Source: Candidatus Eiseniibacteriota bacterium (lineage in GTDB: Bacteria; Eisenbacteria; RBG-16-71-46). From it: a DNA stretch of 64,000 bases. The notes below the pieces were generated by a model. It saw nothing but the letters and a program-made list of their open reading frames with translations. It was not told the DNA's origin and made no database searches. Both the position numbers and the translations under genes were made by a program. The stretch lies in assembly GCA_041483195.1 (NCBI GenBank), contig JBGPFC010000012.1:16230-80229 (forward strand), given 5' to 3'. Of this stretch, positions 17,720 through 25,851 are shown in pieces; the first letter of the stretch is position 1; every line of letters begins with the position of its first letter.

Positions 17720-19473
17720 TCGATCCTCGTGACCTTGCCCGTGGACTGATCGCCACTGGCCCGCACCTTGTAGAAGTACATTCCAGGAGGCGTCCCCCGC
17801 TCCACGTTCCAGATGAGCGAATGCGGGCCCGCCGCCAGCTCGCCGTCCGCGAGCGTGCGCACGAGCCGCCCGTCGATCGCGAAGATCTGGACCCTCACGT
17901 GGCCGGCTTGCGGGAGCGAGAAGGACAGAGCCAGCTGGTTGCGGAACGGATTCGGCGCGCTCCGCACCACGAACAGGCTGCCTCTCGCGATCGGCACATC
18001 GAGCGCGTCCGGGCAGTAGACCGCCGGGACGACCGGGGGCGAAGCGCAGTGGGCCTGGAACGTCGCGTCGTCGTCGATCTTGAGGGCCCCGGTCTTGAAG
18101 TCGTAGATGATGGTGTTCAGGATCGTGCCCTCGGTTCCGCGCCGGAAGTTGACGCCCGCCGTCGGCCCCGGGAACGCGGCGCCCGCGCGCTTGTCACCGA
18201 TCATCGTCATGTTGCAGATGGTGGTGTTCGATCGTCCCGAGCACACGGTCGCGTTGAAGTCGAACTCGTTGTCGTCGGCTTCGATTCCCTTGTCGCCGCT
18301 CTGAGTGCCAGAGGGGGCGAAACGGGGACTCTGGCGCACGATCACGAACTGCGATCGGTTCCGGGTGCCGAGCTGCCAGTCGTAGCCGTCGTCGGTTCCA
18401 TCGATGCCGATCAGGTACCTCGAGTCCATCTGGCCGCCGAACCACTCGAACGAGTCGTCGGCGCCCTGGAACGCCTCGAGATGATCGGCGGTCGTGCCCC
18501 GCCCGCAGCCGTTGAACGTGAACGAGTTCAGCTCGTTGTTCGGCGTGATTTCCTTGCCCGAGAACTCCACCCGGACGTAGCGCAGCGTTCCGGAGTTGTC
18601 GTTGTCGTCGTTGCCCCCGTAGTAGCCGATCGAGCCGCCTTCCGAGGCCGCCGAGTCGCCGGCGCAGGAGTTGGCGACGTTGATCTTCGCCCGGCCGTTG
18701 ATGACGATGCCGCCGCAGTGGCCGCGCGTGAACGAGCCAGGGGGGTCGTCGGAGGTGATGATGATCGGCGCCGCGGCCGTGCCGACCGCGAAGATCTGCC
18801 CGCCGCGTTCCGCCACGATCGTGCCGAGCGTCGCGAACTCCTCGAACACCACGTCGCCGGCCGGAATAGTGAGCGAGGACTGAGCCTTGATGCGAAGTTG
18901 CCCGCGGATCAGGTAGTTGCTGTCGGCCGCCCACACCTGAGGCGAATAGAGGTTGATGTTGTCGTAGATCGCCAGCGGACGCGGGCTGGGCATGCCGCTC
19001 AGGTGCAGATCCTGCCGGCTCGCGCCGGTCGAATCGTAGTAGGTCCAGCCCACCGTCCAGTCGTCGCCCGGATTCGGGCCGATCGCGCCCGCGTAACAGG
19101 TCTGCTGGAAGAACCCGTCGTTCGGAACCTTCCTCGAATTGGCGTAGGCGGGGCTGCCGACTCCCGGCTGAAAGTTCGGAACGACGTTCGCCTTGTATGG
19201 GGCGTTGGGTAGCAGCGGATCGGCGTAGACGTTGTGGGTGTAGGTGACGGTGCCGAGCATCGCGGCGGTGAAGCCGGGAACGCATGCTGGCGCGCCGGCA
19301 CCGGCCGCGCCGAGGAACTGGCCGGCCAGCGTGCCGCTGGCGTTGTTCTGGTAGAGCACGTTGCCGTCGAACACCATCTGGGCGGATGCGCCGCCCGCGG
19401 TGAGCGCGAGCAGCCCGAGCGCGATCAATCCGCGCCTCACGGGTCCGAGTTCACCCTTCACGACGAAACGCAT
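17716..19473 (-). CDS. Secreted protein with a T9SS / FlgD-Ig-like C-terminal sorting domain and a beta-helix-like passenger; function unknown
   Basis: Signal peptide LIALGLLALTAGGASAQ. The C-terminal roughly 80 aa (SAPNPFRNQLALSFSLPQAGHVRVQIFAIDGRLVRTL...GMYFYKVRASGDQSTGKVTRID) match the CTD shared by three other large proteins in this window. The stop overlaps the receptor start. Confidence 0.55.
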   Translation of the reverse strand: MRFVVKGELGPVRRGLIALGLLALTAGGASAQMVFDGNVLYQNNASGTLAGQFLGAAGAGAPACVPGFTAAMLGTVTYTHNVYADPLLPNAPYKANVVPNFQPGVGSPAYANSRKVPNDGFFQQTCYAGAIGPNPGDDWTVGWTYYDSTGASRQDLHLSGMPSPRPLAIYDNINLYSPQVWAADSNYLIRGQLRIKAQSSLTIPAGDVVFEEFATLGTIVAERGGQIFAVGTAAAPIIITSDDPPGSFTRGHCGGIVINGRAKINVANSCAGDSAASEGGSIGYYGGNDDNDNSGTLRYVRVEFSGKEITPNNELNSFTFNGCGRGTTADHLEAFQGADDSFEWFGGQMDSRYLIGIDGTDDGYDWQLGTRNRSQFVIVRQSPRFAPSGTQSGDKGIEADDNEFDFNATVCSGRSNTTICNMTMIGDKRAGAAFPGPTAGVNFRRGTEGTILNTIIYDFKTGALKIDDDATFQAHCASPPVVPAVYCPDALDVPIARGSLFVVRSAPNPFRNQLALSFSLPQAGHVRVQIFAIDGRLVRTLADGELAAGPHSLIWNVERGTPPGMYFYKVRASGDQSTGKVTRID

Positions 19474-19708
19474 TGCGCCTCCCTCGAGGATGTCTGGTGT
19501 GGATCTGCGTGGCGTGTCGCGCTGGCGGGTGCGTCAGGAGGAGGTTGCGGCCGCCTTCCGAACCGCGCGCATGCTACGGGGCGTCCCGGGCGGGAGGCGT
19601 GACCGGCGCATGACCAAGCCGGAAACTTTTGTTAATGCGATGTGTCGGGGTGGGGATCGCGGTGCGGGGACGGCGAGGCGGGCGCGGAGGATGGGGACCG
19701 CGCGCCCT

Positions 19709-20050
19709 TCACTCCTCGGTCGCCACCCGGCGCTCGCGCTTCTTCACGGCCTCGCGCTTCTTCTCGCCCAGCCGTCGCTCGACCGCCGCGCGCGTGGGTC
19801 TGGTCGCGACCCGCGGCTTCCTGCGCGCGGCGCGGCGCTTGAGCTCCGCCCCCACGCGCTCGAGCGCGAGCACGCGGTTGCGCAGCTGCGATCGCGACTC
19901 GGTGGCGATGCGCGTGATGCCGGTCGGGCGGTGGCGCACCCGCACGCTCGACTCGGTCTTGTTCTTCTTCTGCCCGCCCGGCCCCGACGACTTGAAGGGC
20001 GTGACGTCGCAGTCGCGCGCGAGGCGCTCGAGGTGAGGGGCGAGGCCCAC
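19709..20050 (-). CDS. arfB: Alternative ribosome-rescue factor ArfB / peptidyl-tRNA hydrolase (GGQ domain)
   Basis: GGQ motif (SSGPGGQKKNKTESS) and a basic C-terminal tail (RKPRVATRPTRAAVERRLGEKKREAVKK) resembling the ArfB ribosome-anchoring tail. The start is proposed at GTG 20050 inside track ORF 19709..20215. Confidence 0.6.
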   Translation of the reverse strand: MGLAPHLERLARDCDVTPFKSSGPGGQKKNKTESSVRVRHRPTGITRIATESRSQLRNRVLALERVGAELKRRAARRKPRVATRPTRAAVERRLGEKKREAVKKRERRVATEE

Positions 20051-20055
20051 GGCGG

Positions 20056-21183
20056 CTACTCCAGCTGCTTGTGGAAACGCTGCACGCTGAACGTGAAGAA
20101 CAACACGGCGAAGCCGAGCAGCGCGAGCGTCTGCGGCCACAGGGTCTCGATCCCGACGCCCTTGAGGATCACGCCGCGCAGGATCTGGAGGAAGTAGGTG
20201 AGCGGCACGAGCCATCCGATGGCGTACGCGAAGAACGGCATCGCCTCGCGCGGGAACATGAAGCCCGACAGCATGATGTTGGGCAGCAGGAAGAAGATCG
20301 AGGACTGGATGGCCGCGCCCGCGGTCTGCGCCAGCGTCGAGACGAACAGCCCGAGCGACAGGCTCGCGGCGATGAACACGAAAGCGACCAGGTAGATGAA
20401 GAGCAGGCTGCCGCGGATCGGCACGTGGAAGAGCAGCGAGCCGAGCACCAGCACGGCCGTCATCTGCACGTAGCCGACGATGATGTATGGCGCGATCTTG
20501 CCGAGCATGATCTCGGTGCGCGTGAGCGGCGTCACGATCAGCTGCTCGAGCGTGCCCGCCTCGCGCTCGCGCACGACCGCCAGCGCGGTGATGATGATGA
20601 GCATGTTCGAGAGCAGCACGCCGATGATGCCGGGCACGATGAAGAGCGGCGTCTTGAGCGCCGGGTTGTAGAGCGGGCGCACGCGCACGTCCACCGGCAG
20701 CCGGCTCTCGTTCAGCCCGCCGCCCGCGAGGCTCTGCACGATCTCGAGGTTCTTGCGCTGCCCCACCAGCTGCGCCGCGCCGATCGCGGCCTGCGATGCG
20801 GTGGGGTCGCTCGCGTCCACCAGCACCTGGACCTGGGCCGAGCGCCCGCGCTTGAGGTCGCGGGCGTAGTCCTCGGGAATGACGATCGCCGCGCGTGCTC
20901 GCCCGCGGTCGACGAGCCGGATCGCGTCCTCGTACGAGCTGGCGGGCGCGATCAGGCGGAAGTTCCCGGTGGCGTCGAAGCGCTGCACCAGCTCGCGGCT
21001 CTCCTGCGTCTGGCTGAAGTCAACGACCGTCGTGGGCAGGTGGCGCACGTCGAGGCTGATCGCATAGCCGAACAGCACCAGCTGGATGACCGGCACGCCC
21101 AGCATCATCCGCAGCGTCGCGCGATCGCGCCGCATCTGGATGAACTCCTTCCAGAAGATCGCGCGCAGCCGCTCGCGGATCAT
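20056..21183 (-). CDS. ABC-2 family exporter permease
   Basis: 375-aa C-terminal part of track ORF 20056..21759 starting at MIRERLRAIFWKEF. Typical ABC-2 topology: an N-terminal TM, a large extracytoplasmic loop and five C-terminal TMs. The ATG overlaps the ATPase stop (ATGA). Confidence 0.75.
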   Translation of the reverse strand: MIRERLRAIFWKEFIQMRRDRATLRMMLGVPVIQLVLFGYAISLDVRHLPTTVVDFSQTQESRELVQRFDATGNFRLIAPASSYEDAIRLVDRGRARAAIVIPEDYARDLKRGRSAQVQVLVDASDPTASQAAIGAAQLVGQRKNLEIVQSLAGGGLNESRLPVDVRVRPLYNPALKTPLFIVPGIIGVLLSNMLIIITALAVVREREAGTLEQLIVTPLTRTEIMLGKIAPYIIVGYVQMTAVLVLGSLLFHVPIRGSLLFIYLVAFVFIAASLSLGLFVSTLAQTAGAAIQSSIFFLLPNIMLSGFMFPREAMPFFAYAIGWLVPLTYFLQILRGVILKGVGIETLWPQTLALLGFAVLFFTFSVQRFHKQLE

Positions 21184-21917
21184 CAGTTGGTCTCCTGCAG
21201 CTTCACGAAGATGTCCTCGAGCGTCATGTCCACGCCGAACGCGTGCCGCACCTCGGTCGGGGTGCCGATCGCGGTGAGGTGGCCCTTCGACAGGAATGCG
21301 AGGCGGTCGAAGCGCTCCGCCTCGTCCATGTAGTGGGTGGTCACGATGATGGTGGTGCCGGACTTCGCCAGCTCGTGCACGATCACCCAGAACAGCCGGC
21401 GCGCCGCGGGATCGACGCCGGCGGTGGGCTCGTCGAGGAACAGCACCGGCGGGTGGTGGAGCAGCGAGCAGCCGAGCGCGAGGCGCTGCTTGTTGCCGCC
21501 CGAGAGCGTGGCCGCGAGCTGCTTCGCGGCCTCGCCCAGACGCATCGCGTCCATCGCCCACTCGATGCGCTGGTTCGCGGTCGCGCCCAGCTCGTACACC
21601 CCGGCGTAGAAGCGCAGGTTCTCGGCCACGGTGAGGTCGCCGTAGAGCCCGAACTTCTGCGACATGTAGCCGATGCGCGACTTCACGGCGTCCGGGGTCT
21701 TCACCACGTCGACCCCCGCCACCGTCGCCTCGCCGCTGGTGGGCTTGAGCAGCCCGCACAGGACGCGGATGGCCGTGGTCTTGCCCGAGCCGTTGGGGCC
21801 GAGCATGCCGAAGATCTCGCCCGGCCGGATGTCGAGCGACACCCCCGCCACGGCCGTGAGGGTGCCGAACTTCTTCGTCAGCCCGCGGACGATGACGACC
21901 GGGCCGGCGTCATTCAT
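21183..21917 (-). CDS. ABC transporter ATP-binding protein (ABC-2 / DrrA-like)
   Basis: Walker A GPNGSGKTT, signature LSGGNKQRLALGCSL and Walker B LFLDEPTAGVD. Confidence 0.8.
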   Translation of the reverse strand: MNDAGPVVIVRGLTKKFGTLTAVAGVSLDIRPGEIFGMLGPNGSGKTTAIRVLCGLLKPTSGEATVAGVDVVKTPDAVKSRIGYMSQKFGLYGDLTVAENLRFYAGVYELGATANQRIEWAMDAMRLGEAAKQLAATLSGGNKQRLALGCSLLHHPPVLFLDEPTAGVDPAARRLFWVIVHELAKSGTTIIVTTHYMDEAERFDRLAFLSKGHLTAIGTPTEVRHAFGVDMTLEDIFVKLQETN

Positions 21918-22887
21918 GGGCCCGGATCCGCGCGTCGGCGGGCAAGCCGGCCTTGAGCACGCCGCCGGTGGGGCCGACCACCACCTTCACGCCGAACACC
22001 AGGTTGTCCTGCTCCTCCTCGGTGAGCGCGGCGCGCGGCGTGAACTCGGCGTGGGTCGCGATCGAGACGACGCGCCCGCTGAAGGTCTTGCCGGGCGCTC
22101 CGCGCGACACGATCTCGACCGGCGCGCCCAGCATGACCCTGCCGATCTTCGGCGCGCCGACGTACACGCGCATCCACAGGCTGTCGGGATTGCCGAGCGT
22201 GAGCACCGGGAGCCCGGGCTGCGCCAGCTCGCCCGGCAGGAAATTCTTGAGCAGCACCACGCCCGAGATCGGCGCCGTGAGCACCAGCTCGCGCGCGCGG
22301 CTCCTCGCCCCCGCGAGCTGCGCATTCGCGGCCTCTGCCGACTTCTCGGCGGCCGCGATCTGCTCCCCGCGGCTGCCCGCCTCGAGCAGCGACAGGCGGC
22401 GGGCCGCCTCCTCGCGCCGCGCGATGGCGGCGTCGCGGTTCGATTCCGCGCGGTCGAGGTCCGACTGCGATGCGACGCGGGTCGAGAACAGCGCCTCGGT
22501 GCGCGTCGCCTCGCTCTCCGCGAGCTTCGCCTGCGCGGTCGCGGCCTGGAGCGTCGCGCGCGCGGCCTGGATCTCCGAGGGGCGCGGGCCCTGCTGGAGG
22601 TCGCGGAACTGCGCGAGCGCGCGCCCCGACTGCGCGACCTGCGCCGCCAGCTCGGCCAAGATCTCGCCGCGGTCGAGCACCACGAGCGTGTCGCCGCGGC
22701 GCACGCGATCGCCCTCGTTCACGGGGATGCGCAGCACGCGCCCGCCGGTGAGCGAGGCCACGTCCACCTCGTCCATCTCGATGGTGCCAGAGCCGCGCAC
22801 GGTGTGGCCGGAGCCGGAACAGGATGAGAGTGTGACGAGCAGCGCGACGGCGACCGGCCGCACCCGCGCATGCATTGACACAATCAT
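21910..22887 (-). CDS. HlyD-family periplasmic adaptor (secretion protein), lipoprotein-type signal
   Basis: N-terminal LLVTLSSCSG lipobox, coiled-coil region and a beta-barrel/lipoyl-like C-terminus. It overlaps the ATPase start by 8 bp. Confidence 0.7.
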   Translation of the reverse strand: MIVSMHARVRPVAVALLVTLSSCSGSGHTVRGSGTIEMDEVDVASLTGGRVLRIPVNEGDRVRRGDTLVVLDRGEILAELAAQVAQSGRALAQFRDLQQGPRPSEIQAARATLQAATAQAKLAESEATRTEALFSTRVASQSDLDRAESNRDAAIARREEAARRLSLLEAGSRGEQIAAAEKSAEAANAQLAGARSRARELVLTAPISGVVLLKNFLPGELAQPGLPVLTLGNPDSLWMRVYVGAPKIGRVMLGAPVEIVSRGAPGKTFSGRVVSIATHAEFTPRAALTEEEQDNLVFGVKVVVGPTGGVLKAGLPADARIRAHE

Positions 22888-23008
22888 GCGGCTAGGTTGG
22901 AGGAAGCGGGGGAGGCGCGCAAGTCAGGCGCGCTTGTGGCCCGCCGCCCCCGGCCCGTATCCTGCCCCGCGATCGGCCGCCTCATCCGTCCCGCACATCG
23001 GAGGCATC

Positions 23009-24409
23009 ATGCGTCTCGCGCCTCTAACGGTCGCCGCGCTCGCGCTCGCGCTGCTCGTCGCGCCCGCCCTGGCCGCGAGGAAGAAGCCGCGGCCCGCCGC
23101 GGCCCCCCCGGTCGCGGCCGCCGTCGCGCCTATGCTCACGCCCGCGCTGCTCAGGGTCGAGCGTCACACGCTCCCCAACGGGCTCGTCATCCTCACGCAC
23201 GAGGATCACAGCGTGCCGGCCGTCGCGTTCTGGCAGTGGTTCAAGGTGGGCTCGCGCAACGAGCGGCCCGGCATCACCGGGATCTCTCACTTCTTCGAGC
23301 ACATGATGTTCAACGGGTCGAGGAACGTGCCGCCCAAGATGTACGACCAGATCCTCGAGTCGAACGGCGGCTACTCGAACGCGTTCACCGACCGCGACAT
23401 GACGGCGTACTACGAGGAGACCGCCTCCGACCGGCTCGGCACCTGCCTCTACCTCGACGCGGATCGCATGGCGTCGCTCTCGCTGCTGCCCGAGCAGCTG
23501 AAGAGCGAGATCGAGGTGGTCAAGGAGGAGCGCCGGCTCAGCACCGACAACAGCATCGCGGGCAAGCTCGACGAGGCGCTGTGGGCGACCGCGTACTACG
23601 CCGCGCCCTACCGCTGGCCGGTGCTGGGATGGATGGGCGATCTCAACCGCATCCAGCGCGACGAGATGGTGGAGTACTTCCGCACCTACTACGCGCCGGA
23701 CAACTGCATCATCGTGCTGACCGGCGACTTCGAGACCAGGACCGCGCTCGACAGCATTCGCGCGTACTTCGGCGGCATCCCGTCGCAGCCGCCGCCCGTG
23801 CCGCCCATCAACTCGGAGCCCGAGCAGACCGGCGAGCGCCGGGTGGACGTGCACTACCCCGCGCAGAACGTCTCGTTCGACATGGGCTACAAGGCGCCGA
23901 ACGTGAAGAGCGCGGACACGCCGGTGCTCGACGTGATCTCATCGATCCTCTCCGATGGCGAGTCGTCGCGGCTCCACCAGGCGCTGGTGTACGAGAAGCA
24001 GATCGCGCTCGCCGTGTTCACGTCGTTCCAGTCACGCATCGATCCCGGGCTCTTCGAGTGCTACGTCGAGATGCGCCCCGGCAAGACAGCGGCCGAAGGC
24101 GAGGCGGCGGTGGACGAGGCGCTCGATCGCCTCGCGAAGGACGGACCCACCGATCGCGAGCTCACCAAGGCCAAGAACCTGCTCGAAGCCGGCTTCGTCA
24201 AGGCGCTCAAGACCAACAACGGCGTGGGCCAGACGCTGGGCTACTACGAGCACGTGTTCGGCGACTACAACGAGATGTTCAAGGCGCTCGACCGCTACCA
24301 CGCGGTGACCGCCGCCGACGTGAAGCGCGTCGCGAAGCAGACGTTCGACTCCAGGCTGCGCACGATCGCCGTGCTGGTGCCCGAGAGCGAGCCGGAGGCC
24401 AAGCCATGA
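23009..24409 (+). CDS. M16 family zinc peptidase (pitrilysin/insulinase-like), catalytic subunit
   Basis: GGAGG RBS, a signal peptide and the HxxEH inverzincin motif (HFFEHMMF). It is divergent from the HlyD/ABC-2 operon. Confidence 0.75.
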   Translation: MRLAPLTVAALALALLVAPALAARKKPRPAAAPPVAAAVAPMLTPALLRVERHTLPNGLVILTHEDHSVPAVAFWQWFKVGSRNERPGITGISHFFEHMMFNGSRNVPPKMYDQILESNGGYSNAFTDRDMTAYYEETASDRLGTCLYLDADRMASLSLLPEQLKSEIEVVKEERRLSTDNSIAGKLDEALWATAYYAAPYRWPVLGWMGDLNRIQRDEMVEYFRTYYAPDNCIIVLTGDFETRTALDSIRAYFGGIPSQPPPVPPINSEPEQTGERRVDVHYPAQNVSFDMGYKAPNVKSADTPVLDVISSILSDGESSRLHQALVYEKQIALAVFTSFQSRIDPGLFECYVEMRPGKTAAEGEAAVDEALDRLAKDGPTDRELTKAKNLLEAGFVKALKTNNGVGQTLGYYEHVFGDYNEMFKALDRYHAVTAADVKRVAKQTFDSRLRTIAVLVPESEPEAKP

Positions 24410-25821
24410 GCCGCGCAGCCGGCATGCAGACGCGCACCCGCGCGGCCGGCGGCGCGGCCGCCCGCGCCACGGCGATCGCGCTGCTCGCGATCGCGGCGCC
24501 GGCCGCCGCGCTTCCGGTCCGGCTGCCCGCCTATCAGAAGGCCACGCTCAAGAACGGCCTCACCGTGTACGTCATGCCCACCGCCCGGCTGCCGCTGGTG
24601 GACTTCCGGCTGGTGGCGCGCGCCGGGTCGGTGAACGACCCCGCCGGGAAGGAGGGCCTCGCGAGCCTCACCGCCGACCTCCTCACCCAGGGCGCCGGAC
24701 CGCGCAGCGCGAAGCAGATCGCCGAGGACATCGCGTTCGTGGGCGGATCGCTCGATGCCTCCGCCTCGGCCGAGCAGACCGTCGTCACATGCGAGGTGCT
24801 GAAGCGGGACTTCACGACCGGGCTCGAGCTGTTCCACGACGTGATCGTGGCGCCCACGTTTCCCGCAGAAGAGTTCGCGCGCAAGCACGACGAGACGCTC
24901 GGGGCCCTCGCGAGCGAGAAGGACGATCCCGGAACGGTCGCCGACCACGCGCTCGGCACGTTCCTGCTGGGAGCGAGCCCGCTCGCGCACCCCGCGATCG
25001 GGTGGGAGAAGTCGGTGAAGGCGCTGACGCGCGATGACCTGGTGGCGTTCCACGGCGAGCAGATGGTTCCCGACAACGCGATCCTCGCGGTGGTGGGAGA
25101 CGTGAACGGCGCGGACGTCCTCGCGGCGCTGGAGCGGGCGTTCTCGGACTGGAAGCCGTCCGGCAAGCCGCACCCGATTCCCTATCAGCCGCTGGTCCGC
25201 GTGAGCGGGCGCGCGGTGCGCATCGTCAGCAAGCCCGAGGTGACGCAGACGCAGATCCGCATGGCGTGCCCCGGCGTCGCGCGCAACCACCCGGACTACT
25301 TCCCGATCGTGGTGGTGAACACCATTCTCGGCGCGGGCTTCACCTCGCGGCTGGTGAACGAGATCCGCGTGGTGCAGGGGCTGACCTACAGCATCAACAG
25401 CCGCTTCACCATGTATCGCAACGCCGGCGTGTACGGCGTCACCACCTTCACGCGCAACGAGACGCTGCGGAAGTGCATCGACGAGACCATCAAGGTGATC
25501 AAGACGCTGATCGATCAGGGCCCGAGCGATGAGGAGCTGGCCAAGGCGAAGCGCTACCTGACCGGCCTGTTCCCGCTGCGCCTGCAGGCGCCGGACGCGC
25601 TCGCCGCCCAGCTGCTCGACATGGACTTCTACGCGCTCGATCCGCACTACGTCGAGAACTACAGCGACCGGATCAACGCCGTCACCATGACCGACTGCCG
25701 CCGCGCGCTGAAGTCGTACTTCTGCACGGACGACCTGAAGATCCTGGTGGTGTCGAACCCGGATTCGGCAACGGCCGCGCTCTCGGGGCTCGGGCCGATC
25801 GACGTGAAGCCGATCGAGTAG
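24406..25821 (+). CDS. M16 family peptidase-like protein, non-catalytic partner (no HxxEH)
   Basis: Start ATG overlaps the upstream stop (ATGA). It has the M16 fold but lacks the zinc motif, as in heterodimeric M16 pairs. Confidence 0.7.
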   Translation: MSRAAGMQTRTRAAGGAAARATAIALLAIAAPAAALPVRLPAYQKATLKNGLTVYVMPTARLPLVDFRLVARAGSVNDPAGKEGLASLTADLLTQGAGPRSAKQIAEDIAFVGGSLDASASAEQTVVTCEVLKRDFTTGLELFHDVIVAPTFPAEEFARKHDETLGALASEKDDPGTVADHALGTFLLGASPLAHPAIGWEKSVKALTRDDLVAFHGEQMVPDNAILAVVGDVNGADVLAALERAFSDWKPSGKPHPIPYQPLVRVSGRAVRIVSKPEVTQTQIRMACPGVARNHPDYFPIVVVNTILGAGFTSRLVNEIRVVQGLTYSINSRFTMYRNAGVYGVTTFTRNETLRKCIDETIKVIKTLIDQGPSDEELAKAKRYLTGLFPLRLQAPDALAAQLLDMDFYALDPHYVENYSDRINAVTMTDCRRALKSYFCTDDLKILVVSNPDSATAALSGLGPIDVKPIE

Positions 25822-25851
25822 CGACGGGGCGGGGAAGGCACGCCCCCGTCC

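Noticed and set aside
19496-19513. Second Pho box upstream of the T9SS/TonB-receptor operon
   Set aside because: The match to TTACACC-N4-TTACACC is only about 5/7 plus 3/7. It lies only about 23 bp from the predicted start codon. It is kept only as a weak note in the Pho-box finding.
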